From: Alphaproteobacteria bacterium
GTDB lineage: Bacteria > Pseudomonadota > Alphaproteobacteria > Micavibrionales > Micavibrionaceae
NCBI GenBank assembly: GCA_050633165.1
Contig: JBOEFZ010000014.1
Coordinates: forward strand, 3,655-67,654
Direction: 5' to 3'
Length of the DNA: 64,000 nucleotides
In this document: positions 27,727-37,045 of the stretch, one piece after another
Position numbering within the stretch: position 1 is the stretch's first letter
How the letters are laid out: each line of letters begins with the position of its first letter
Made by a program: the position numbers and the translations under genes
Notes under the pieces: generated by a model
What the model saw: the letters and a program-made list of their open reading frames with translations, nothing else
Databases searched by the model: none
Told to the model about the DNA's origin: nothing

Positions 27727-28467
27727 TTATGATTCGTAGATCACGTGGTAGTAAACATATTCACCACCGTTATTCTGGAAACATCCGAAGGCTTGTCCAT
27801 CAAGCGCGCCACCAGTTACAGCATCTCCACCGGTTCCGATTGTGATATCATTGGTTGTTGCAAAAGAGATACCGTTATCAAGAATGCGGTTATACCCTTC
27901 TGTAGTGTCATCCGTTCCAGAGACATCCGTTCCGGTATCAGGGATACCGGAAATTCCAAGTTCAGTATTGATGCGTGAGCAAACAGCTTGTTTAATGCCG
28001 GGCAGGAAGGCAATGATTTCGTTTCCTGTTGCCGCACCGGAAGATGTAAGACCGACGTTAACAATTTCAAAGTCACCGTTAAATGTCCATGTCCCCTGTG
28101 CGCCATTTGCCATCACATCGGCAATTGCAGGCGCATATGTTGCATTACCACCAGACGGATGGAACACACAGTCTGTACCGGAGGTTGAACAGTTACCGAA
28201 GTCAGATGGTGGATTAAACTCCATGTCTGTTGGGTCGATCCCTTTGGAAACCTGCATCCGGATCAAAGAGGTTCTTATTCCTGTTGGATACTGCGTAATT
28301 GCCGCCGTATTCACAAGGTTTGTTTCATCGTTGGCATCACCGCCACCGGAGCGTGTTGATGATGTTACCGCGTATGAAAGCGCGGCAAAAAGAGCCACAG
28401 CGATAAGAATAAGGAACAGGACATTCCCGCTTTCATTTTTTCTTGATTTTGTTTGTATAGGTTTCAC
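27727..28467 (-). CDS. pilin-like protein A (large, non-canonical class III-like signal)
   Basis: The leader MKPIQTKSRKNESG is followed by NVLFLILIAVALFAALSYAV with no Glu at +5. There are 4 Cys. The start is a GTG with AAGGGG 8 nt upstream. Confidence 0.65.
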   Translation of the reverse strand: MKPIQTKSRKNESGNVLFLILIAVALFAALSYAVTSSTRSGGGDANDETNLVNTAAITQYPTGIRTSLIRMQVSKGIDPTDMEFNPPSDFGNCSTSGTDCVFHPSGGNATYAPAIADVMANGAQGTWTFNGDFEIVNVGLTSSGAATGNEIIAFLPGIKQAVCSRINTELGISGIPDTGTDVSGTDDTTEGYNRILDNGISFATTNDITIGTGGDAVTGGALDGQAFGCFQNNGGEYVYYHVIYES

Positions 28468-28531
28468 TTGAACTACCCCTTAAATTTAATGTGGAATGAA
28501 TTTTCTCCAAAAATACCGAATCAGTATAACA

Positions 28532-29113
28532 TCACTTCGGCTTCACGGAAATAGTATTTATTTTCAATGTTGTACTTAATGGCTTGCCCTCGCATTCCCG
28601 CCCTACGCAAAGGCTTTTTATATCAATGCGCCAACCATCTCCACCGTTTTGAACATGGCCGATTGCTTCGCGGAATTGCCCGAATGTATTGGTTGAACTG
28701 GCGGTCATAGAGATGGCGGTGCCGGAAGCTTTTATATCTACGCCCTGATAAATATCTTTCATACGCTCGGCGAACTTCTTTAAATCGTTTGGCTTAACAG
28801 CCTGATTTACAATTTTCGGGACAGAGGGTTTGATCGCTTCGGCTTCCTGAAGCTCTGTGCGTAACTGCGTTAAAGATTGGAGATTTACAACCGTGAACAG
28901 GCCAACAGCAGCAGCCCCCATCCACACGACGCCGGCGATGACCAACATTGTCTGACTGGCATTTTGCGGCATTTTTTCGAGGAAATGGTTTAAATCCTCG
29001 GCTGCACTGGCGTTTGTTAGTTTATTAAGCGACCGTGGGTCAAAATCTTTGATCGCATTTTTAAATGCTGCGATGATTTGTTTGAATTGATTATTTTTCA
29101 TCCCTGCCCCCAT
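28532..29113 (-). CDS. bitopic inner-membrane assembly protein, GspM/PilO-like by architecture
   Basis: A ~60 aa cytoplasmic N-terminus, one TM helix (MLVIAGVVWMGAAAVGLFTVV), a coiled segment and a ~90 aa periplasmic domain. The start overlaps the upstream stop (TAATG). Confidence 0.45.
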   Translation of the reverse strand: MGAGMKNNQFKQIIAAFKNAIKDFDPRSLNKLTNASAAEDLNHFLEKMPQNASQTMLVIAGVVWMGAAAVGLFTVVNLQSLTQLRTELQEAEAIKPSVPKIVNQAVKPNDLKKFAERMKDIYQGVDIKASGTAISMTASSTNTFGQFREAIGHVQNGGDGWRIDIKSLCVGRECEGKPLSTTLKINTISVKPK

Positions 29114-30078
29114 TACCTTGACCCGACAACGCGTACGCGTCCATCACGGGCAGTATTTTCTTCATCGACGCGCGCAGGCAGGCGCTCCATAATCGGCTGT
29201 ACGAAGGCGGGTGGGATAAGAGCCTCCCATACGACTTTATTGCCATCGACATGATATTTCACAAGCGTACCGTCAACGCGCGAGAAGACGTCGAGCAATT
29301 CCTGCACACGCACCATGTGTTTGATGGAATCATTTTTCATGATGTTATTAGCATTTGTCATGAGCTCCATTGCCGCTCGGTCGGTTTGTTTTTGCACTTT
29401 TTCAAGGTCGCGTTTAATCATATTGACGGACAAAAAGCTGAAGACAAGGATGCAGGCCGCGATAATACCAACCAACAGGCCGGATACGACCAGCATTTTT
29501 GCTGTCGCGCGTGTGAGTTGCTCGGTTTTCAGGTTGCGGTTACGCCATGGAACCACATCCGCCATATCAGGATTAATGGTTACGAAATTCGCGTCCATGC
29601 TCTGGATACGCGGTAAGATAGTACGGGATGCGCCGAGATAGACCTGCATCCGTTTTGTATCGGGGTCCCAACGCAGGGCGGAGGCTGTTCCCTCTTGTTC
29701 ATACAGGTAGACGGTTTCCTGATCCCAATATTCGCTATTCCCCGGAAGGGCGGCGGCGAGCGGGCACCAGCTATCGGGGTTGGAAGACATGGCGGCGGAA
29801 GGGCATGCGAGATACCAGATTTTGTTTTCATCAACGGCATAGCAATAGTGCACTTTTTCCGTGCCGCAAGCCTGGGAAGCGGCATTCCATACGGCTTCGT
29901 CTTCTGTGCCGGGGATGTGCGGGATGCTGCCGCCGATTACTTCTTGCGGTAGGTAGGGCTTTAAATCCTCGACAAATGCACCGCCTTCGCCGGCCAGAAC
30001 ATCGGAGATGCCGGCGGCGGGCTTTGCCCCTGTGCGCTTGTTTGGCGCATCCATTTCGTTTGATTTTCGAATTGCCAC
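29113..30078 (-). CDS. bitopic inner-membrane assembly protein, GspL / PilM-PilN-fusion-like by architecture
   Basis: A ~195 aa cytoplasmic domain, one TM helix (MLVVSGLLVGIIAACILVFSFL) and a ~100 aa periplasmic domain. The start is GTG at 30078, or alternatively ATG at 30054. Confidence 0.45.
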   Translation of the reverse strand: MAIRKSNEMDAPNKRTGAKPAAGISDVLAGEGGAFVEDLKPYLPQEVIGGSIPHIPGTEDEAVWNAASQACGTEKVHYCYAVDENKIWYLACPSAAMSSNPDSWCPLAAALPGNSEYWDQETVYLYEQEGTASALRWDPDTKRMQVYLGASRTILPRIQSMDANFVTINPDMADVVPWRNRNLKTEQLTRATAKMLVVSGLLVGIIAACILVFSFLSVNMIKRDLEKVQKQTDRAAMELMTNANNIMKNDSIKHMVRVQELLDVFSRVDGTLVKYHVDGNKVVWEALIPPAFVQPIMERLPARVDEENTARDGRVRVVGSR

Positions 30079-30136
30079 AGTGAATGTAACCCTTTTCCCG
30101 AATTCTACCTTAAGTATCGCTTAGAACCAAGCGCGT

Positions 30137-31357
30137 TTAGACTGCCCCTTGCATGAGACCGCCCATCATTGAATCCATGCTCATATTCATGACCGTCAGG
30201 GCGTAGATCGCGGAACCGAAAGCGATCACAAGGAAGACGCCGGTTAATGCGAAGGCGAGCCAGACAATCAACGTGTGTTTCGTTTTTGCCGCCTGTGCGC
30301 GCATCTCAGTAATCGACTCCATGATTGTAGCAACTTGATCGAGATCAGACAAGCTTGCAAGCTCGAGGCGTTCATTGCGGCGTAAGGGTTCGCGGTCAAG
30401 AGCGGAACCGAGGCTGACCCCGCGGCTTAGATCATCAAGCGAGTCGTTCCAATACATTGCCACATCCGGCGCGCCGGAGGCTTCGGCGGATTGTTGAAGC
30501 GTGTCGTTAATCGGTACCATACCGCGGATCATACGCGCGGCAGCGGACATGGAGTCAGAGAACGCCAAGTCACGCATATAGCCGCCAATGAGCGGGATTT
30601 TTCGTACAAGGCGTGCGGTTGGCCAATCCTTTTTCCCGCGATTAACCCAAAAGGAAAATACGCACCATGCCATAAAGACACCGGAGGCGACGGAAACGAA
30701 GATGAGGGTGTCCCATGTTAGTTCCAGATTACCAACAACGCGGTCGAATTGCTCTAACGCCTCGGGGTCGGTTGGGGGGTTATCGCGGAACCAGCCCAAA
30801 ATCATATCCTTACCCGCCCAAAGCGAGGAAACGATAGAGAACACATCAAAGGCCAGCCAGCCCATTGTTCCCATGATCGCGCGGGCGTTCTTTTTCTTTT
30901 GTGTGATGGAGTGGATGGCATGCGGGATACCTTCGACAAGGCGGTTTGCACGTTCCGATCCGGCGAGGATGGCGATTGTGCCGTGATCGAAGATATTGAG
31001 CGCCTTTAGCGCGTCGATAACGCCCAAACCACGGGCAAGAGCCTCACGCGCGGGGGCGAGGATGTTTTGGCGGCGGGGGTTATCTTCGGCCTGAATAATT
31101 TTCCAAAAGGCCACACCGGGGGAGGTAGAGCCAGAGCGGAATTGGATACCGCGCAGGAGCTGTACCTGCCACCATGTGGAGCGGGCGAGGAGGCGTTCAA
31201 TCGTGGAGCGGGCATGCGGGCGGATACTGAGCGCGAAGCCACCTTTTTTCGCAACAGCAGCGCGGACATCATCAACAGAAGGCAGGTAGAAGGATTCCGT
31301 GACCTTCTTTGGTCCGGAGCGGGTTTCATAAGCAATTTCAGCAACCCATTGCTGCAT
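30137..31357 (-). CDS. type IV filament platform protein (GspF/PilC family)
   Basis: ~406 aa with a duplicated cytoplasmic helical domain plus 3 TM helices, placed directly after the ATPase. The ATG at 31357 has GGAAG 5 nt upstream. Confidence 0.8.
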   Translation of the reverse strand: MQQWVAEIAYETRSGPKKVTESFYLPSVDDVRAAVAKKGGFALSIRPHARSTIERLLARSTWWQVQLLRGIQFRSGSTSPGVAFWKIIQAEDNPRRQNILAPAREALARGLGVIDALKALNIFDHGTIAILAGSERANRLVEGIPHAIHSITQKKKNARAIMGTMGWLAFDVFSIVSSLWAGKDMILGWFRDNPPTDPEALEQFDRVVGNLELTWDTLIFVSVASGVFMAWCVFSFWVNRGKKDWPTARLVRKIPLIGGYMRDLAFSDSMSAAARMIRGMVPINDTLQQSAEASGAPDVAMYWNDSLDDLSRGVSLGSALDREPLRRNERLELASLSDLDQVATIMESITEMRAQAAKTKHTLIVWLAFALTGVFLVIAFGSAIYALTVMNMSMDSMMGGLMQGAV

Positions 31358-31367
31358 TTTCACTTCC

Positions 31368-31447
31368 TTTTCCGTTTTCAGAGCGTTGCGGCGCTCCTCA
31401 AATACGTTTTGTATTCTTCCTCGCTTGCGCCTCCTGAAAACGGAAAA
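31368..31447. repeat. 80 bp inverted-repeat element (14 bp arms) immediately upstream of the platform gene Shine-Dalgarno
   Basis: The arms are ttttccgttttcag (31368-31381) and ctgaaaacggaaaa (31434-31447). Confidence 0.6.
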
Positions 31448-31544
31448 TCAAGCGAAAATAATATCTCTCAATACGCCTCGCTCCTCCTGCTTTATTTCCC
31501 TTGGGTCAAAAGAAAAGCGAAACGCAAAAAACTGTTTAATTATT

Positions 31545-31566
31545 AAGGCCGTGGATTTACGGCCTT
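31545..31566 (-). terminator. possible terminator hairpin after the ATPase gene
   Basis: The hairpin aaggccgt-6 nt-acggcctt lies ~50 nt downstream of the ATPase stop. The T-run is weak and displaced. Confidence 0.35.
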
Positions 31567-31618
31567 ATGATGACAGGATACTCAAAAATAGTTACAAAAT
31601 CGTATATTTACATACATC

Positions 31619-33349
31619 TTAATCTTCGAGATATGACAGCGCGGATTTGGGGTCTATGAGGCCGCTTAGGACGAGGTCAATGAGGCCGTCGCGGCGGGAA
31701 TGGACGATGACGCCCTCTTCGTGGATGATGTCGTTGACGTTGCCGATGAGGGCTTGGTAGATGTCGTTACGTTGCGCGGGACCAAGGGTGATGAGGAGCG
31801 CGTCGAGGAGCAAGGTTCGGCCGGAAATTCCGGTGCGGTTACAAAGGTCACAGCCGGATGTGTTATGGCGGCGGATTTTGGCCTTTGTATCGATGCCGAG
31901 GCGTTCAATTTCATGTGCCTCGACTGCGTTATCGGCGGTGTCTTTGTGGGCGCAGCCTTGGCATAGGGTTCGCACGAGGCGCTGGTTCATGATGGCTTTG
32001 ACTTGTTGCGCGAGGGTGAAGGTCGAGGAGCGTTCCCGCGATGATGGCATGAGAGAGCGCAGGCGCTCGAAGGTTTGGAGCGCGGTATCGGCGTGAATGG
32101 TGGAAATCACGGTGTGACCGGATTCGGCGGCTTTTAGCGAGGTTTCAACGGTGTCGGAATCGCGCATCTCCCCGATGATGATGTAATCGGGATCATGACG
32201 CATCGAGGCACGGATGAGATCGCCGAAGCTTCCGCCATCCATACCGGGGCGGACTTGCCATTGTGTGGCGTAGCGAAGCTCGTATTCAATCGGGTCTTCG
32301 ATCGTCAGGACGTGTTTGCGGCGGCGGTCGATTTGCTGCACGCAGGCATAAAGCGTTGTTGTTTTACCAGAGCCCGTTGGACCGGAGAGGATGATCATCC
32401 CCCCTCCCCCTTTGATCTCGGGCGAAAGAAGGCGGGCGAGGTGGTCGCCGACATCTTCGTGGCGGCGGAAAAGTTCGTCGAAGCCTTTTAGCGCGGCGCG
32501 GTCAAGGAGACGCAGGGTGAGTTTTTCACCGTCTTGGGCTTGTGGCCCTGCGGCGACACGGACATCGATGGCGCGGCCTTGCCATATGAAACCAAAACGC
32601 CCGTCTTTTGGTGTGACGCGATCCCCGAAGTTGAGGCCGGCATCCCGTTTGATGAGTGTTGTGAGACGCGCCATGGCATCGGCGGGGAGGAGATGCATGG
32701 GTAGCATATCGCCATCGATGCGGTATTGGATCCAGTTGGGGGCTTCGGGGTTATTATCCTGCACGATGTGGATATCGGAGGCGCGCATTTGCAGGCTTTC
32801 GGCGAGCATATCGCGTAAGAACTGGTTGAGGAGCAGGCCGTTATCACTATCGACCAGCCATTGGGCGAGGGTTTTTTCGCAGCGATCGGCGGAGAGGTCG
32901 TGCACGCTACGCAGCGTTTCGGTTAATTCTTTACGATCCCAAACCTCGACCTCGATGCGATCAACATGCAGGCCGCTTCGTTGCGCCGTGCTCATGAGGG
33001 ATTCGATCTGGCGGTCATTGAGGTCGTGCAGCGGGGCGATGCGCAAGATGCCGTCGCTCAGGCCGATGAGGTGGATGCTGAGCGGTAGCCATGCTTGCAC
33101 GGGGAGGATTGATCTGAGCTGATCCCCTGTTGCGCGGTCTTTGACGGCGTCATCTTCGGCTTCGGATTGGCTGACCGCGCCGGCCATATCGAGGAGTTGT
33201 TCGGTGGAGCGCGCCAATCCTTGCTCCATCATCATGGTGCGTTCACGTTGCACCATATCGAGGTAACGCTCGCGCCCTTCTGTGGAGCGGGCTTTTAGCG
33301 CGGATTTTGGCGCTTTTTTCTTTTCTGCGGTTTCTTCGGCCATGATCAA
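31619..33349 (-). CDS. type IV filament assembly ATPase (GspE/PilB family)
   Basis: Walker A (GPTGSGKTTT), Asp box (TIEDPIEYEL), Walker B (DYIIIGEMRD) and His box (GHTVISTIHA) are present. So is a tetracysteine CQGC...CDLC motif and a T2SSE_N-like N-domain. Confidence 0.95.
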   Translation of the reverse strand: MIMAEETAEKKKAPKSALKARSTEGRERYLDMVQRERTMMMEQGLARSTEQLLDMAGAVSQSEAEDDAVKDRATGDQLRSILPVQAWLPLSIHLIGLSDGILRIAPLHDLNDRQIESLMSTAQRSGLHVDRIEVEVWDRKELTETLRSVHDLSADRCEKTLAQWLVDSDNGLLLNQFLRDMLAESLQMRASDIHIVQDNNPEAPNWIQYRIDGDMLPMHLLPADAMARLTTLIKRDAGLNFGDRVTPKDGRFGFIWQGRAIDVRVAAGPQAQDGEKLTLRLLDRAALKGFDELFRRHEDVGDHLARLLSPEIKGGGGMIILSGPTGSGKTTTLYACVQQIDRRRKHVLTIEDPIEYELRYATQWQVRPGMDGGSFGDLIRASMRHDPDYIIIGEMRDSDTVETSLKAAESGHTVISTIHADTALQTFERLRSLMPSSRERSSTFTLAQQVKAIMNQRLVRTLCQGCAHKDTADNAVEAHEIERLGIDTKAKIRRHNTSGCDLCNRTGISGRTLLLDALLITLGPAQRNDIYQALIGNVNDIIHEEGVIVHSRRDGLIDLVLSGLIDPKSALSYLED

Positions 33350-33352
33350 GTT

Positions 33353-34930
33353 TTATGTGTCGCCGGACGACCCACCTCCTGATGCGCTTGTACGGTTGGC
33401 GGAAGAGAGGGAACGATCGAAGAGGAGGAGGATGCGTTGCCCTTGATTTAAAAATTCGATCCCGTTTTTCTGGATTACGACGAACCATGGCACGCCGCCA
33501 AGAACGATTTCCTCGCGGTCAAAGACGAGGCGGCTTCCGCCCGGGCCATTGATGATGGCGCGGGAGGGGGAGAATGAGGTGATTTTATAGCCATCGAGTG
33601 TGCCGCCCGCATTTACCCCTGCGGAGAGGCTGAGGCTATTGGCTTTGGCGGCTTGTTTTTGGCTTTCTTCGATATTATTTGGATCAACACCAGAGGATAA
33701 GGCGGTGGAGGGTGCATCGCCGTTGTTCGTCATGATGGCGTTGCCGTCGCTTAGGACAATGGCTTTTTGGTCTTTGGAGACCGAGGTGCTGGCTGTGCCG
33801 CGAATGGGGAGAACGAGAACGCCGCGTGCGCCGTCATGCAGGATTTGCACATCATCGAGGATAGAGCCAACGCGGGTTGGTGACCATGTGATTGTGAGGG
33901 GGCATGCCTCAACCGGTGCGAGAATTGTGCCTTCGGCGCAGCCCTCTTCCTTGAACCCGATACCGTTATCGGACGAAGACATGCGGATATTTTTAAGGGT
34001 CACAGGCGCATCTCCCGCATTGACGAGGGATACGGTCAGGGCAGAGGCGGTTTCAATGCCAGAGCCGAAATCAACATCGCGTTGGGAGGATACGAGTAGA
34101 CCTTTGCCCGGAACGGCGCGGGGGAAAACTTCGGCTTCGGAGACGTTGCCGGGGCTATACTCACCTTTTAACGGGATGCTTGTTAATCCGGCGGGGCCGT
34201 CGTGTTTTACGACCAAAACGCCGGAGGAGCGCCCTTCTAGCTCTGGTGACCATTTGACGCTGGCGATACAGGCTTGTCCGGCTTTTAAAGAGGCGCATTC
34301 GGTGTTGAGGCTATAGCCTGAGCCGTCACCGGTATCGAGATAGATGTCGGAAATGTTGAGGGTTACGGAGGTGATATTGCGCAAAACGATAGGTTCGATG
34401 AGCGTTTGGCTGGCGCTTAATGTGCCGAAATCGAGGTCACTAGGGATGGCTTCGATATCGGTGGTGAGCTTGCCGCCGCCATCGCCGGATTCGACAACGC
34501 CGGAGATTGTGTTTGTGACAAGGCGTGTGCGGCCGCTATGCGCCATGAGCATTTCGACGCGCCATGGGCCGGGCTGTAGGCCTTTTACCGAAAGAGCAAT
34601 GGCGCATTCCGCGCCGGAGGGAAGCGCTTCCGCTTCACATTGGTTTGATGCGACTTCCGCCGTTACGGTTGAGGACGGGTAGAGCTGGATTAATCCCATT
34701 TCAACGGGCTTACCACCGTCATTGCGGAAAAGGACAACGACTTGTGCGCTTGCGCCGATCGGGATGCTGCCGCCGTCAACTTCGCTTTCTGCGGGGACGA
34801 GACCAGCGCCGGTTGCACCGCCGCCGCCACCTGTGCCGGGGTCATTGAAGCCCGCATATTGTGCATATGCCTGCCCGCCCCAGAGCAGGGCAGCAAGTGC
34901 GAAGAGCGGCAATAGCAATTTTTTAAACAT
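33353..34930 (-). CDS. exported protein with three Ig-like repeats and a C-terminal PilP / GspC-HR-like domain
   Basis: The signal peptide reads ...LLWGGQAYA|Q. Three ~100 aa repeats each carry a C-x(8-11)-C pair. The C-terminus (GYKITSFSPSRAIINGPGGSRLVFDREEIVLGGVPWFVVIQKNGIEF) follows the PilP/HR pattern. I prefer the ATG at 34930. Confidence 0.55.
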   Translation of the reverse strand: MFKKLLLPLFALAALLWGGQAYAQYAGFNDPGTGGGGGATGAGLVPAESEVDGGSIPIGASAQVVVLFRNDGGKPVEMGLIQLYPSSTVTAEVASNQCEAEALPSGAECAIALSVKGLQPGPWRVEMLMAHSGRTRLVTNTISGVVESGDGGGKLTTDIEAIPSDLDFGTLSASQTLIEPIVLRNITSVTLNISDIYLDTGDGSGYSLNTECASLKAGQACIASVKWSPELEGRSSGVLVVKHDGPAGLTSIPLKGEYSPGNVSEAEVFPRAVPGKGLLVSSQRDVDFGSGIETASALTVSLVNAGDAPVTLKNIRMSSSDNGIGFKEEGCAEGTILAPVEACPLTITWSPTRVGSILDDVQILHDGARGVLVLPIRGTASTSVSKDQKAIVLSDGNAIMTNNGDAPSTALSSGVDPNNIEESQKQAAKANSLSLSAGVNAGGTLDGYKITSFSPSRAIINGPGGSRLVFDREEIVLGGVPWFVVIQKNGIEFLNQGQRILLLFDRSLSSANRTSASGGGSSGDT

Positions 34931-35079
34931 GTGCGAATACACGACCGATATAAATAAATACGAATCAGAACGACCCATATGTATAGTATATCAGAAAAGC
35001 TGTGGATTAAATATCAAAAATGCAGTTTTTGATTTTAAGGCGTGAACGCATAAAAGGCATAAAAAATGCCCAAAGCGAA

Positions 35080-36612
35080 TCAGTTGGCAGGGTTCAGCAG
35101 ATCAAACGGGACGCTTGTCTTTGGGAACCCTTCATCCGCCAAGGGCGCATCGGATTTACCGGAGCCTATATGGCGTCCATTACTATCCACGACAACGGAT
35201 TTGCGCTTTGCCTGCGCGGGCTGCGCCTCGGCGGTGTAGACGATGACGCGGGGTTTGAGGAGGAAGACGAGTTCCGTGTTTGCCGTTACCGCGCCGCGAC
35301 TAGTGGGGAAAAGCGCGTCTTGGAAGCCAGGGCCGCTATCATCATAAGTATCGGATTCGCGCACCAAGCCACCGATCAGGAGCGAATCACCGGGGCGGAT
35401 GCGGATTTGTGTCGAAAGCTCGCGCTCCGTTGTTTCGGGGAGGCGGAGCGTTGTGCCGTCAGCATCGAAATCTTCGAAGCGGCGGAATTCGTCAAGGTCG
35501 ATCTCAATATCGCCGTAAATCGTGGCGTTATCCCATGAGCTGGCGATTGTGAGGGTGAAGCCGGTATCCACCGAATCGGTTTCCGTGGTGGTGGTGGTCT
35601 CGCCATCCTCGACCGAGCGGGTGAGAGAGGAAACGTAGTTGATCGTGTCCGCCGCGCGCAACGAAGCCTCCGCGCCGGAAAGAACGGTAATTTGCGGCTG
35701 CGAGATTGTTTTTACCGCGCCGAATGTCGATAGGAACTCCAACACATTTCCGGCGGAATAGGATTTGTCATTCAAGGATGGGATTCCAATGCTGATCGGG
35801 GAGCTATCCGTTGCGCCGATCGCGCCGGGGATATCGATAACCGCCCCGCCAATTTTACCAAAATCCTCCCAATTGATGCCCATGTTATTGGCAGTATCCA
35901 GATTCACTTCCCAGATATAAACCTCGAATATAATCAAGGCCGTATTGGCGCGGATGCGTTGCAGATAACGCTCGGCCATTTTTGCGGTGCGGTTTGTGGC
36001 CTCATATATAATGGTGCGTGTTGCCTCATCAACAATCGGACTACTGCCCGTAATTCCGGCGATTCCGGAGGCCACCGCGCTCACCAGATTATTATCACCG
36101 CCAACGGGAGGAACCGCCACGGTAAAGGTCTGGACATCCTTGATCACCAGAAGGTTATCCTCAAAGGCGCAGTAAAGATCAGCAAGGCTACAGACACGGC
36201 GCACAACCTCATCGAGCGGGCCGCGAAGATTCGCAACCGTGATGGTGCGGGTCATGCCTTCGTTGGTTTCGAAGGCCAGCGGGATTTCGTAATCTGCCAA
36301 AATAAGTTGCAGCGCGCCGGCGAGTGTTTCCGAGCGCAGCTCAAACGGGCCGACCTCCGCCGTTGGCAAGGGGCTCGAATCAAGCGTCTCAGGGACGAGG
36401 ACATCACTGCCCAAGGGTAGGTAAATCACGCTATCGGGGCGTTCATTCACTGCCTCGGGGCGTTGATCAGCCATAGTTGGGGAGGGAATATTTACATTCC
36501 GCGAGCCGGGCACAGTTGCCTGCGCGCAGCCAAACAGGGCGAACGCAGCCGTCAGCAGCAGCAAAACCTTTGCCGCATTATTATAATGGCTATGCACTCC
36601 GCCGATTATCAT
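35080..36612 (-). CDS. secretin (GspD/PilQ superfamily) with a lipobox-like signal, as in type IVb secretins
   Basis: The C-terminal secretin core is present (IRIRPGDSLLIGGLVRESD....TELVFLLKPRVI). The N-terminus reads LLLLTAAFALFGC. Confidence 0.9.
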   Translation of the reverse strand: MIIGGVHSHYNNAAKVLLLLTAAFALFGCAQATVPGSRNVNIPSPTMADQRPEAVNERPDSVIYLPLGSDVLVPETLDSSPLPTAEVGPFELRSETLAGALQLILADYEIPLAFETNEGMTRTITVANLRGPLDEVVRRVCSLADLYCAFEDNLLVIKDVQTFTVAVPPVGGDNNLVSAVASGIAGITGSSPIVDEATRTIIYEATNRTAKMAERYLQRIRANTALIIFEVYIWEVNLDTANNMGINWEDFGKIGGAVIDIPGAIGATDSSPISIGIPSLNDKSYSAGNVLEFLSTFGAVKTISQPQITVLSGAEASLRAADTINYVSSLTRSVEDGETTTTTETDSVDTGFTLTIASSWDNATIYGDIEIDLDEFRRFEDFDADGTTLRLPETTERELSTQIRIRPGDSLLIGGLVRESDTYDDSGPGFQDALFPTSRGAVTANTELVFLLKPRVIVYTAEAQPAQAKRKSVVVDSNGRHIGSGKSDAPLADEGFPKTSVPFDLLNPAN

Positions 36613-36661
36613 TGATATTTCAAGACCTTAGATCAGATTCAAAATTTTGAAAGCGAGGCAC

Positions 36662-37045
36662 TTACCGAGAAGAGAGTTTCAAGGCACGACTCACCGTTCC
36701 TGTTAGTCTATCGCGTTGAACGGGTTTCATCAAGACGGCAGCGACTCCCCACTTGTTTGCTTCTGTGAGTAAGTCGGGATTTTGGTCGCCGGTGACAAGG
36801 ATTACGGGGGCTTCGTTGCCTTCGCCGCGAATATGTTTTACGAATTCGAACCCGTCGATTGGCTCCATCCGGATATCGACAATTGCCATATCAATGGTGT
36901 GATCCATCTTCTCTAAGGCTTCGCCGCCGTCGGAGGCTTCGATAATTTCGTACTCGCTGCCTTCTTCGTCTTTTAGGAATTTGACGATCTGCATGCGGAC
37001 GAACGCGTTGTCTTCTACGACCATGATACGGGCGTTATTTGCCAT
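36662..37045 (-). CDS. single-domain response regulator (CheY-like receiver), first gene of the filament operon
   Basis: Receiver motifs are present: VVEDN, the phospho-acceptor AIVDIRMEPIDG, LVTG and KP. The start is uncertain: ATG at 37045 is preferred and the maximal ORF runs to 37081. Confidence 0.85.
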   Translation of the reverse strand: MANNARIMVVEDNAFVRMQIVKFLKDEEGSEYEIIEASDGGEALEKMDHTIDMAIVDIRMEPIDGFEFVKHIRGEGNEAPVILVTGDQNPDLLTEANKWGVAAVLMKPVQRDRLTGTVSRALKLSSR

